Origin: a virus
Taxonomy: Duplodnaviria > Caudoviricetes
Length of the DNA stretch: 64,000 bases
Direction: 5' to 3' (one strand)
Virus record (IMG/VR): IMGVR_UViG_3300023218_000202
Coordinates: 3,833-67,832 of that record
The position numbers and the translations under genes are program-made. This document shows positions 17,741 through 26,784 of this stretch, one piece after another; position 1 is the stretch's first letter; every line of letters starts with the position of its first letter. The notes beneath the pieces were generated by a model. It was not told the DNA's origin. It made no database searches and saw nothing but the letters and a program-made list of their open reading frames with translations.

Positions 17741-18305
17741 ACGCACGCGGTTGTTCGTGAGTACGAAGTTCAGTGGATTCAATTTGGGAGCGAAGCCGTT
17801 GAGCTTCGCGGCGGCGTCTGGCACGAAGTGGTTCTACGCCGAGTTCTCTCCCAAGCCCACGCCCGAGCAATGTGATCCGTTTGTGGCTGAGCGGATCTAC
17901 CCCGCCTTGCGCTACCCGGACAAGAGCGGGAACTTCCCCAGCTCGATCGGCTACCACGGCACGGTGGGCTACGTGCAGGGGTTTTTCCAAAAGTGGCTGC
18001 GCCAGTTCCGGGGCCAGATCGAGTTCTGGGGCGACCAGGAGCAGGCGGGCTGGAATCTGGTAATCAAGCTACTTAACCCCACCGAGCAGGGGACGCCGTC
18101 CGTGTTCCCGATCTTCTTCGAGCTGCCCACGGCGATGTTGTGCGCCGGATACGCACCGCAGGTTTCCCTCCCGTTCTTCGCTTACGGCAATGTCAAACCC
18201 GAAGAGGACCTACTCGCCAACGCGTTGGACCACGCGCGCACCCTGGAGGTCGCTTTCGGCAAGTTGAAGATCGACGAGCGGGAGATGGCGGGGGCGTCGG
18301 CGTGA
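17727..18305 (+). CDS. Hypothetical protein
   Basis: Continuous ORF with phage-like codon usage; coupled to rusA-like gene. Confidence 0.65.
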   Translation: MSQNERTRLFVSTKFSGFNLGAKPLSFAAASGTKWFYAEFSPKPTPEQCDPFVAERIYPALRYPDKSGNFPSSIGYHGTVGYVQGFFQKWLRQFRGQIEFWGDQEQAGWNLVIKLLNPTEQGTPSVFPIFFELPTAMLCAGYAPQVSLPFFAYGNVKPEEDLLANALDHARTLEVAFGKLKIDEREMAGASA

Positions 18306-18697
18306 GCCAGGCCGTCTCCGCCCCTGTGCTGCAGCTCACGCTGGAACGGTTCGTGCCCAAGAGCCTCAACGAGCAGCTCCGCATGAACCGCTACCGGCTC
18401 CACCGCTACAAGAAGATGTGGGAGAAAGCGATCTGGGGCAAGGTCAATGAGGCGGGCGGTCCGGGCTGGGAACGCCCGCCGCTCAAGGGGGCGCGGGTGC
18501 AGATGACCATCTACTTTCCGCACTTCCGCCGGCGGGACGCAGACAACTATGCCGGCTTCAAGGCCATCATGGACGGTCTGCAGGCGGCCGGGGTGCTTGC
18601 AGATGACAACGCCACCGACGTGCGTTGGGAAACGCCGATCCTGATGGTCGACCCCCCGGCGCCACGTACGCTGATTGAAGTCTACGAGTCGGATTAG
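18302..18697 (+). CDS. rusA: RusA-like Holliday junction resolvase
   Basis: RRRDADNY..FKAIMDGLQAAGVLADDN motif. Confidence 0.8.
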   Translation: MSQAVSAPVLQLTLERFVPKSLNEQLRMNRYRLHRYKKMWEKAIWGKVNEAGGPGWERPPLKGARVQMTIYFPHFRRRDADNYAGFKAIMDGLQAAGVLADDNATDVRWETPILMVDPPAPRTLIEVYESD

Positions 18698-18712
18698 GAA
18701 GGAGGTGAGCAC

Positions 18713-18904
18713 ATGAACCGCATCGAGGTCGGTCGCTACGAGCACAAACCCGGCGGCTGGGACGGCTGGATCGCGCCCCGTGGTGGCAGCGGGGAGCTCC
18801 CGCCGTGGGTGGTGTTCGTGCCGGTGGAAGGCGAGCCCGAACTGCACGTTTGCAGGGACGGCTATTTGTTCTCCCGGCGCGAGCTCGACGTCGAGGCCCG
18901 TTAA
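18713..18904 (+). CDS. Small hypothetical protein
   Basis: Strong SD AAGGAGGTG. Confidence 0.6.
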   Translation: MNRIEVGRYEHKPGGWDGWIAPRGGSGELPPWVVFVPVEGEPELHVCRDGYLFSRRELDVEAR

Positions 18905-18967
18905 GGGAGCCAGTGGCTGTGAGGGGCAGGCGGCCCCGAAAGCCACCTGAGCGGTTCGAGACTTCCT

Positions 18968-20515
18968 ATGTCCGACTCTGACCTGGAACAGGCGCTCCAA
19001 ACCGGCGACGTGCTGATCGCCAAGGACCTGGTCAAGCACCGCGACGAGCTCATGCGCTGCTACCGAGATCCGTGGTATTTCGCCACGCGCTACTGCTGGA
19101 CCAAGAAGAAGGAGGCCGAAAAGCCGGGCGAGGAGACCGAAGCCGGCCCCGACCTGGTGGCGATCTACCCTGAATGGGACTACCTCAAGCCCGTGATGGA
19201 AGAGATCTACCACGCGCAAGGGTCTCACCTGTGGGAGAAGAGCCGCCAGATGCTGCTCACCTGGACCTTCTGCATCGTGGAGCTGCACAAGCTCATGTTC
19301 CTCGAGGGGTACGAGGCGCTCAACGGCTCGCGCAAGGAACAGCTCGTCGACGACGGCGGGGATGCATCCACCACCTACAGCACCCACGGCCGCATCCGCT
19401 TCATTTGGAAACGCCTCCCCGAGTGGATGCGCTCGCCGCTGCACTTTGCCTACCTCAAGATCATCAACCAGGAACCGGGCATGGACGGGCTTATCATCGG
19501 CGAATCCGCCAACGCTGACATCGGGCGCTCGGGTTCGTTCGTGGACATCCTGCTGGACGAGGCCGCGGCCATTCCCAACGGCGAGAAGGCCCACACCGCG
19601 CTTTCAGGTTGCACCTTCATCGCGCGCCACTACGTCTCGACCCACAAGGTCGAGGAGAACGTGTTCGGCCGGCTGGCCGAGGACGAGAACTCGGGTTTCA
19701 AGGTCCACGGGATTCACTGGAGTCTTCGTCCGGACCGGGACATGCGCTGGTACAAGGAGAAGTCCAAGGGGATGTTGCCCCACCAGGTTGCGGCCGAGCT
19801 GGACATGGTACGGCGTGCCGGGAGCGAGCAGAGCTTCATCTACGGGGACTGCTACGACCGCGAGTCCCACATCGTGGGTGACGATGACCTGCCGGCCGAG
19901 GACGAGATTTTGCACATCGTGGGAGGCCAGGACTGGGGCTTCTCGATCCAGGGCGCCTTCCTGAAGGGTCTCGTCGACTCGAGCGGCAACCTCTGGGTGG
20001 TCGGGGAAACCGCGGCAGCGCGTATGCAGGTCGAGCAACTCGACGAGGGCGGCAATCCGACCTCCGACTGTTGGTGCGGTGTGGCGCAATCTTCTGGCTC
20101 GGAACTGGTGGTGGCCGGGCACGAGAACCCGGAAGACATCGCCAAGTTCCAGCAGCACGGGGTCAACACCCGCTCCCGCAAGTGGTCGGTTGAGCACGGG
20201 ATCCGGGAGGTAACCAAGCTGCTGCGTGGCGCCGAGGGCAAGCGCCTCTACATCCACGAGTCCTGCGTGACGTTGTCCAAGGACCTGCCCAACTACCGCT
20301 GGCGCACGGACGCGCGCGGCGAGGTAATCCCCGGCCAGCCGCTCAAGAAGCACGACCACACGCCCGACGCGCTACGCCACCTGGTCGAGGCGGCGTCGAT
20401 GTTCGAGGACGCCTGGGTCGCGGACCTGGGCGAGGCGCCCAAGGCCAACCGGCGGCGTCAGTCCCGCCGGCCGCTTGGGAAGCGCAAACGGAAACGGTAT
20501 AGCCCTCATCGGTAG
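18968..20515 (+). CDS. terL: Terminase large subunit
   Basis: EKSRQ ATPase motif, ILLDEAA Walker B, GQDWG RNase H motif, C-terminal HDHTPDALRH. Confidence 0.9.
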   Translation: MSDSDLEQALQTGDVLIAKDLVKHRDELMRCYRDPWYFATRYCWTKKKEAEKPGEETEAGPDLVAIYPEWDYLKPVMEEIYHAQGSHLWEKSRQMLLTWTFCIVELHKLMFLEGYEALNGSRKEQLVDDGGDASTTYSTHGRIRFIWKRLPEWMRSPLHFAYLKIINQEPGMDGLIIGESANADIGRSGSFVDILLDEAAAIPNGEKAHTALSGCTFIARHYVSTHKVEENVFGRLAEDENSGFKVHGIHWSLRPDRDMRWYKEKSKGMLPHQVAAELDMVRRAGSEQSFIYGDCYDRESHIVGDDDLPAEDEILHIVGGQDWGFSIQGAFLKGLVDSSGNLWVVGETAAARMQVEQLDEGGNPTSDCWCGVAQSSGSELVVAGHENPEDIAKFQQHGVNTRSRKWSVEHGIREVTKLLRGAEGKRLYIHESCVTLSKDLPNYRWRTDARGEVIPGQPLKKHDHTPDALRHLVEAASMFEDAWVADLGEAPKANRRRQSRRPLGKRKRKRYSPHR

Positions 20516-20534
20516 CGCCTATCATGGCGGTACC

Positions 20535-22550
20535 ATGTCAAAGAAACCTCCGAGCCTGATTCGTTCCGTCATCAGATCGCTCGTCCCCTCCCCGGTGGGC
20601 GCCGCCCGCGAGGCGCTCGAGCTGCGCTACAACAACTGGCGGGCGCGCCAGGCGCTCAAGGACATCGACCTCAACGAGCTCAACCGGGGCTGGGTCACGC
20701 CCGGCCAGGAGGACATCGAGCTGGACGAGTGGACGCGCTCGGAGCTCGAGGACACGCTCATCACGCTCTACAACAAGCACGACACCGTCCGGAACATCAT
20801 CGAGAACTTCGTGCTGTTCGTGGTGGGGCGCAGGATCGAGGTGCAGTTCAAATCCAAGGAGCTGCAGCAGCGCTACGAGATCCTGGACGAGTCGGTCAAC
20901 TTCAACGCCGTCTACGAAAACGGCGTGCGCATGTCCCTGATGCTGGGCAACTGGTTCTACCTGATGCTGCCCTTCGGCGCGCCGATGCGCTTCGGTCTGC
21001 TCGACCTGGACGCGCGCAAGGTGGCCGAGATCAATACCGCGCCCAACAACCCCGGCATCGTGACCCACTACACGCTCAAGGGAGCTTCGGAGGGCCACAA
21101 GAAGCTGGACTCGGCCGACGTGATCCACTTCCACAACGTCAAGTTCGGGCGGCAGTTGTTCGCGCGGCCTCTGTGCGAGCCCGTGCTGGATCGGATCGCG
21201 CAGCTCGACAACCTGATTGAGGACCAGCTAGAGGCGCGCCGCATCAAGTCGATGCTCCACTGGGTGCGCTATCGCAAGGGACCGCCCCCAGCCACGCCGC
21301 TGGAGGACATCCCCGACTCGGCCATCATCGAGGCCCACGATGAGCAGGAGCGCTACGAATCGCTGACCCAGGACGTGGATTCATCCGAGGCCTGGCGGGA
21401 TGTGGACGGCCTGTTGAGCAGGATCGCGGCGGGTCTTAATGTGCCGATCGAGTTCGTGAAGATGGACATCTCAGGTTCCCCTTCGGGCGAGATGCACTTG
21501 GAGAGCATCCCGGTCAAGCGCTTCCAGAGCCTGCAGCGGCACTACAACCGGCAGTTCCTGGCGGTGTTGCGCGGGATGCTGAGCCCGAAGCTCCGGGCCG
21601 GCGAGGTCACGATCGTCAACGACCCCGTGGACATCCGCACGCAGTCACGGCGGACGGAGGACATCTCCAAGCTCGTGCAGGAGAACCTCATCAGCCGCAA
21701 GACCGGGCAGGAGGAACTGGGGTACAACCCCGGAAAGGAGAACGAGCGCATCGACGAGGAGTTGCGCGCCAGTGCGGGCGGCGCGGGAGCGGCTGGCCAG
21801 GGCGGTGCTTCGCTGGATGCACTGGCGGGCAACCTGGGCAACGGCGGCGCGGAAGCGCCGGCGGCGGTCCCGGCCGCGGCCGCAGGCCCGGCCGAGGCGG
21901 CTCCGGCCGACGGAGGCGGCCAGGCCGGTGGGGGCGGCGGAGCCATCCCGCAGCTGGCCACCGCAGGACTGTCCGCTCGGGAGAACCTCGAGCAGGAGAA
22001 GCACCTGATCGAGTCGTTCGATGAGAACAACCTCATCGACGATGACCCGGAGTTGCATCGCAAGATCCTGGTGGTCGACGACGGCTTCCAGCATGACCTG
22101 TGCGTGGTCGTGATGGGGCTGAGCGAGGACGATGGGATCGTCGTCCGACGGGAGGAGTATCACAAGCACCTCCCGTTGATCCACCCCGACGGCGAAGGGG
22201 CCGGCCGCGGGCGCGTGTCGTTGGTTCAGGCCATCCGCGAGGAAGAGGGGGCAGAGCTGGTCGTGCTGGACCCGACCGCGCTGGAGCTGGCCGCATTGCT
22301 CAAACACAAAGGTGAGTCGGTCCAGCTGGCCGAGCGTGACGTGGAGGGCGGGTTCGGAATCGTAGAGACCGAGGTCGCGCAGAACCGGCTCAGGGTGCGG
22401 CGGGATCTGAAGCGGCTTGTGGCTGAGTTTACTGAGGGGCGGGCCAAGCAAGGCGAGGAAGGCCCCCGTAAGAAGCCAGCCACGCGCAAGCTGCACGGCT
22501 TGGATTGCGTGCGATACGGGGTCGCCTATTTGAGGAAACAGGGAGCTTGA
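20535..22550 (+). CDS. Portal protein fused to a C-terminal terminase-type RNase H-like domain
   Basis: Position after terL; portal features (GNWFYL, VIHFH...FARPL, ISRKT..EELGY). After an Ala/Gly linker come VVDDG...VLDP...HGLDCVRY motifs. Confidence 0.8.
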   Translation: MSKKPPSLIRSVIRSLVPSPVGAAREALELRYNNWRARQALKDIDLNELNRGWVTPGQEDIELDEWTRSELEDTLITLYNKHDTVRNIIENFVLFVVGRRIEVQFKSKELQQRYEILDESVNFNAVYENGVRMSLMLGNWFYLMLPFGAPMRFGLLDLDARKVAEINTAPNNPGIVTHYTLKGASEGHKKLDSADVIHFHNVKFGRQLFARPLCEPVLDRIAQLDNLIEDQLEARRIKSMLHWVRYRKGPPPATPLEDIPDSAIIEAHDEQERYESLTQDVDSSEAWRDVDGLLSRIAAGLNVPIEFVKMDISGSPSGEMHLESIPVKRFQSLQRHYNRQFLAVLRGMLSPKLRAGEVTIVNDPVDIRTQSRRTEDISKLVQENLISRKTGQEELGYNPGKENERIDEELRASAGGAGAAGQGGASLDALAGNLGNGGAEAPAAVPAAAAGPAEAAPADGGGQAGGGGGAIPQLATAGLSARENLEQEKHLIESFDENNLIDDDPELHRKILVVDDGFQHDLCVVVMGLSEDDGIVVRREEYHKHLPLIHPDGEGAGRGRVSLVQAIREEEGAELVVLDPTALELAALLKHKGESVQLAERDVEGGFGIVETEVAQNRLRVRRDLKRLVAEFTEGRAKQGEEGPRKKPATRKLHGLDCVRYGVAYLRKQGA

Positions 22551-22605
22551 AGGTCATCGCGGGGGCTTACACTTGGGGCGGACCTGGGATACGAAGGGTT
22601 TTAAC

Positions 22606-25600
22606 ATGACGCCACTGGTCAACACGGAAGGCAGGGCTCGAGAAGATCTTTCCGATCGCTCGTTTGCGACCTACATCCGGTTGCTGCCGTTCGACACCAA
22701 CGTCAAGGGGCTGCGAAACGATCACCGAATCCTGCACGCCTGGTGGCGCGAGTTGCTCAAGCGCCAATTGACCAACTTCTCCGGCTGGACAGCCTTCCAG
22801 ATCAAAGAGGCCCACGACCAACTCGTCGAAAGAATCAAAGAACTGGACCCGGATTTCAACCACAACAGCCCGATGGAGCTCCCGGAGTTCCTGGGGGGGC
22901 GCGCCCGCGAGCAGTACAACATCGGACCCTCTCGCTACGAGGGCCTGCTGAGCGACTGGCGCCAACGCTGGGAGGAATTCGCCGACGAGCGAGGCCTGAG
23001 CTCTAAAGAGCTCGAGGAGGGCTGGGAGGAGATCGCCGCCGAGATCGCACGGCTACGAGACGAGGATTCCATCGACGGCGAGCCCATCGGCACGCTTGAC
23101 GAGCTGGTCAACCACCTGCAGGCGTTCGTCGAGCAGGTGGCAGAAGGATTCGACACCGAGCCCGACGATGGCGGGGAGGCCCCCGACGACCCCGACGCCA
23201 GCGCCCCGTCGGGGGATGGCGAGGGGCCTTCCTCCTCCACGCCGGAGGAGCGTCAGGCGGAGGCGCCGACGCAGGCGCTCGACCCCGGAGATGCGTCCGG
23301 TGATGAGGCGGAAGAAGAACCAGAACCCGGAGAGGAGACCAAGACGAACCGTGGCGAAAAGGACGACCGCAAGACCGGTCCCTATGAGATCAGCAAGGAA
23401 GACGTCGGGCGCGTCCTGGAAGAGGGCCGGGCGCGCGCCGAGCGCGAGGCGGTCTTCTCGGGTCTGACGCCGCGCGGCCGCGAGATCTTCAACCGGCTCT
23501 GGCAGGTCAACGTCAACGTGCTGGAGCGCGACTGGGTGGGGCGCATCTTCTTCAACCGCGCCCAGGCGCTACAGGAGATGCGCGACTTCCTGGACGAGCT
23601 CATCGGTTCGATGATCTCGATCCTCGAGATCGAGCGCCAGAAGGCGCAGGAATCCAGGTCCAGAGAGGATATCTTCGTCGGCCCCAAGACGCGCAACGAC
23701 CTCTGGTTGGAGTGGCGCCCGATCGCAATCAAGCGTGGCAACCAGGCGGGACTCACCAACGAGGCGGTAGAGCGGTTGCTGGTCGCCCTCGGGCGCGAAC
23801 TCGATCGCATCCGGGACGAGGATACCATCCAAGGTGTGGCCATCCCCTCGCATGAAGAGCTCAACACCTACCTGGATGGATGGTTGGACGACCAGATCGC
23901 CCAGGAGAAGCGCAGCCCTCAAAGCGTGGGCCAGCGCCGGCCGAGCCGGCCGCTGGAAGAAAACGCGGCCATCAAGACCCAACTGGCCATCTTCGAGGTG
24001 ATGGTTGGGCGCATCCTGGAGGGGCGCGCCGACGAAATCACTACCGCCGGCCTGGACACCGACGAGCTGGTCGGAAAGCATCGCGAGATCTTGGAGGCCA
24101 AGCTGATCCAGCTTTCCGAAGAGCACGGCATCGAGGTCTTACAACGCCGGGCTCGTGAAGCGCTCAACGAGGCGCTGGCGCTCTTCCGGAGCGAGTTGGT
24201 CCGACATCTCGCCCCCGAGCGCGCTGAGGAGTCGGATCCGAAGATCCACTGGCGACACCTACTGGCCTTCCGCCAAAACCCCCGCTTTTTTTTTAGGGCG
24301 CGGGCCGACGTGTTCATCGGCCCAAAAACTGCCGAGTCGCTGTTGGCGACCTGGGCGCCGGTCGTGCGCGAGCGGGCCGAGGCCGAGGGGCTTGGGGTCG
24401 ATGCGGTTGGGATGCTGATCGACCAGCTCCGCCAGGAGATCGAGCGCATCGAGGCGCAGGACACCATCAACGGCGGCCCGATCGAAAGCCACGACGCGCT
24501 CAACGCCTACCTCGATCAGTTCGTGGAAACGATCCTGGCTTCCTTCACCTTCCCCCAGCCGGAGGAGAACCAGGCCAAGATGCTGATTCAAAATCCCGGC
24601 GGGCGCCCGCCGGTGGACACGCTCGCGCGCCAGGACGTGATGTTCCGCGTGCGGCAGGACTTCTTCGACCGGGCGAGCCGCATCGTGGACTCTCTGGTCG
24701 TGCCGCAGGGGGAGCGCGCCGGGCCGGGAATCATCCCGGCGACCGACGAGGCGCTGTCTGACGCGGAGCGCATGAAGCAGCGCTACTGGAGCCGGGTTGA
24801 AGCCAAGGTCGAGGACCTGCCTACCGAGGACCTGGAGCACTTCGAGCGCCAGGTGCGCACCGTAGCCCGTCAGCAGTTGGAGAAGTTCAGGGACGACCTG
24901 ATCCACGTCTACCGCGCGAGAGAGAAACAAGGCCGCGAGGCAGAAGGCAAGGTCAACGAAGAGGCCTGCTACATTCCGTCCCCTGACGAGAAGCAGACGC
25001 TGCAGCGGATCGGTAGCCGGGAGTTCGATAAGGAGAAGCAGTTCTGGAACGACGCCATCAACGACGACTTCATCTTCGAAGCCCAGCTCGGCCGGCCTAT
25101 GACGCCGGTGGTGCGGGTGATGCTGCGTGGTTTGCTGCACCAAGAGCTCGACGATTTGGGCGCTATGCGGTTTGACCCCGTTCTCGTTGTGCAGGAGAGC
25201 CGGCGCTCCAACGACCGCTGCCCGGGGGATTGGTTTGCGTTCAAGAAGTCGTGGCTGGACATCCTGGACAAAACCATCAGCGACCTGGGCAGGGCGATGG
25301 AGGGCCACTTCCGTCGGTTGGTCGAGTTCGACGAGGAGGTCGACTTCCTGGCTGCGCTGTTCGTGGCGGCGCTAACGTTCGAGTTGGTCATCTTCCGCCC
25401 GCTGGGTCGGATCGTTCCGCCGATCGCGCGGGCCATCTGGCGTGCGATCAAGGTCTCGAACCGCACGCTGTTCCTCGCAGCGGGGATCACCAAGGTCGTA
25501 TTCGAGGAGGAGGTCCGCGCCCGCGTCGAGGACAAATACGGCGCGCAAGTCCACTCCAAGGTACGCCAGGAGATGGAGCGTCTCGCCGAGGAGAAGCGCG

Positions 25601-26784
25601 AGCAGGCGCGCCAGCGCGGCAACGAGCTGGACAAGCGGGAGCTGGAAGCCTTCATCAAGGAGAAGGCAGAAGCGCGGGCTGAGGAGCTGCTGGAGCCGCT
25701 GGTCCAACAGGAGGGCGAGGCCTACCGTGAGGAGCTGCTGAACCAATTCCTGGCTGACAAGCCGCCGGAGGAGGGCGAGGGCGCCGCGCCGGAGATGGCC
25801 GTGGCCGGCCTGCGCGCGGCCGAGGACGGCGAGTGCTGGCAGCCCGGGCCGGACGAGCTCGAGACGCTGATTGACAACGCCAAGGGGCGGCTTCGCGAGC
25901 GCGGCGAGCAGCTCAAGGCCGCGATCGGAGAGGACCTACGCGCCCAGGGCGATCTGTCGTTCCAGCAGAACGGCGAGCCGATCCGCTCGGCGGTCCTGGA
26001 AGCCGAGGAAGGCGTCATCCGCGCGCACGAGGGCGCCTTCCGAGAGATGGTCGTCAACGCGCTCGGTGACGCTTGGCTGTGTCTCAACGGGGCCGGTCCG
26101 CCGTGTGACGATGCGACCCTGCGCGAGCGCGGGATCTGCAGCAAGACCGACGTGCTGCGCATCATCCAGCGGCAGCTCGATGCCCAGGTGCAGAATATGG
26201 AAACGGCCATGCGGGAGACGATGGCCGACTTCCGGATCTTCCGCTTCGTGAACTGGGTCAACGCGATCATGCAGTTCGTCATCGGGCGCGGCTTCATGAT
26301 GGTGTTCCGGATCGCCGATAAGGCGGAAGCGATCGGTAAATCCGTCTGGAAGCTGGTCGTGGGGGAAACTGCCGCGGCCTCGATTGCGCTGCGGCTCAGG
26401 AAGCTCAACCCCGACCGCTACAACAAGATCACCACGGATAAGGAAATCCTGGACGAAGCGATCCGCGTGGCCAAGCAGAAGCTGCTTGCTTCCAAGGATC
26501 GAATCAGGCAAGAGATGCGTGACAGCATCCGCTCGCGCTATGAAGAGGCTCGCCGGCGCGGGGAGGACCCCGATGTGGCGCGCATCGAGGCGGACGTGCG
26601 CGCGGAGGCGAACAAGAAGTACGAGGCCGAGCTCTACTCGATCATCGAGCGTGAGGTGCGGGACCGGCTGTTGCGCCGCTTCGAGGATGCGGCTCGTGAC
26701 GAGATGCAGAGAGCCGCAGACCAAGAGATCCGCCAGCAACAGCTCGACGAGGCGAACCCGGGCAGCTCGGCCCCGACGGAGTGA
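22606..26784 (+). CDS. Large acidic helical head-associated protein with internal repeats
   Basis: 1392 aa between portal and MuF; three copies of an IGP...RDED...YL..F domain. Confidence 0.75.
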   Translation: MTPLVNTEGRAREDLSDRSFATYIRLLPFDTNVKGLRNDHRILHAWWRELLKRQLTNFSGWTAFQIKEAHDQLVERIKELDPDFNHNSPMELPEFLGGRAREQYNIGPSRYEGLLSDWRQRWEEFADERGLSSKELEEGWEEIAAEIARLRDEDSIDGEPIGTLDELVNHLQAFVEQVAEGFDTEPDDGGEAPDDPDASAPSGDGEGPSSSTPEERQAEAPTQALDPGDASGDEAEEEPEPGEETKTNRGEKDDRKTGPYEISKEDVGRVLEEGRARAEREAVFSGLTPRGREIFNRLWQVNVNVLERDWVGRIFFNRAQALQEMRDFLDELIGSMISILEIERQKAQESRSREDIFVGPKTRNDLWLEWRPIAIKRGNQAGLTNEAVERLLVALGRELDRIRDEDTIQGVAIPSHEELNTYLDGWLDDQIAQEKRSPQSVGQRRPSRPLEENAAIKTQLAIFEVMVGRILEGRADEITTAGLDTDELVGKHREILEAKLIQLSEEHGIEVLQRRAREALNEALALFRSELVRHLAPERAEESDPKIHWRHLLAFRQNPRFFFRARADVFIGPKTAESLLATWAPVVRERAEAEGLGVDAVGMLIDQLRQEIERIEAQDTINGGPIESHDALNAYLDQFVETILASFTFPQPEENQAKMLIQNPGGRPPVDTLARQDVMFRVRQDFFDRASRIVDSLVVPQGERAGPGIIPATDEALSDAERMKQRYWSRVEAKVEDLPTEDLEHFERQVRTVARQQLEKFRDDLIHVYRAREKQGREAEGKVNEEACYIPSPDEKQTLQRIGSREFDKEKQFWNDAINDDFIFEAQLGRPMTPVVRVMLRGLLHQELDDLGAMRFDPVLVVQESRRSNDRCPGDWFAFKKSWLDILDKTISDLGRAMEGHFRRLVEFDEEVDFLAALFVAALTFELVIFRPLGRIVPPIARAIWRAIKVSNRTLFLAAGITKVVFEEEVRARVEDKYGAQVHSKVRQEMERLAEEKREQARQRGNELDKRELEAFIKEKAEARAEELLEPLVQQEGEAYREELLNQFLADKPPEEGEGAAPEMAVAGLRAAEDGECWQPGPDELETLIDNAKGRLRERGEQLKAAIGEDLRAQGDLSFQQNGEPIRSAVLEAEEGVIRAHEGAFREMVVNALGDAWLCLNGAGPPCDDATLRERGICSKTDVLRIIQRQLDAQVQNMETAMRETMADFRIFRFVNWVNAIMQFVIGRGFMMVFRIADKAEAIGKSVWKLVVGETAAASIALRLRKLNPDRYNKITTDKEILDEAIRVAKQKLLASKDRIRQEMRDSIRSRYEEARRRGEDPDVARIEADVRAEANKKYEAELYSIIEREVRDRLLRRFEDAARDEMQRAADQEIRQQQLDEANPGSSAPTE

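Noticed and set aside
18912-18950. Hammerhead-like look (ctgtga-stem-gaaa) upstream of terL
   Set aside because: The core is CUGUGA rather than CUGANGA and no stem I/III with a cleavage triplet is evident. It is only a simple hairpin.
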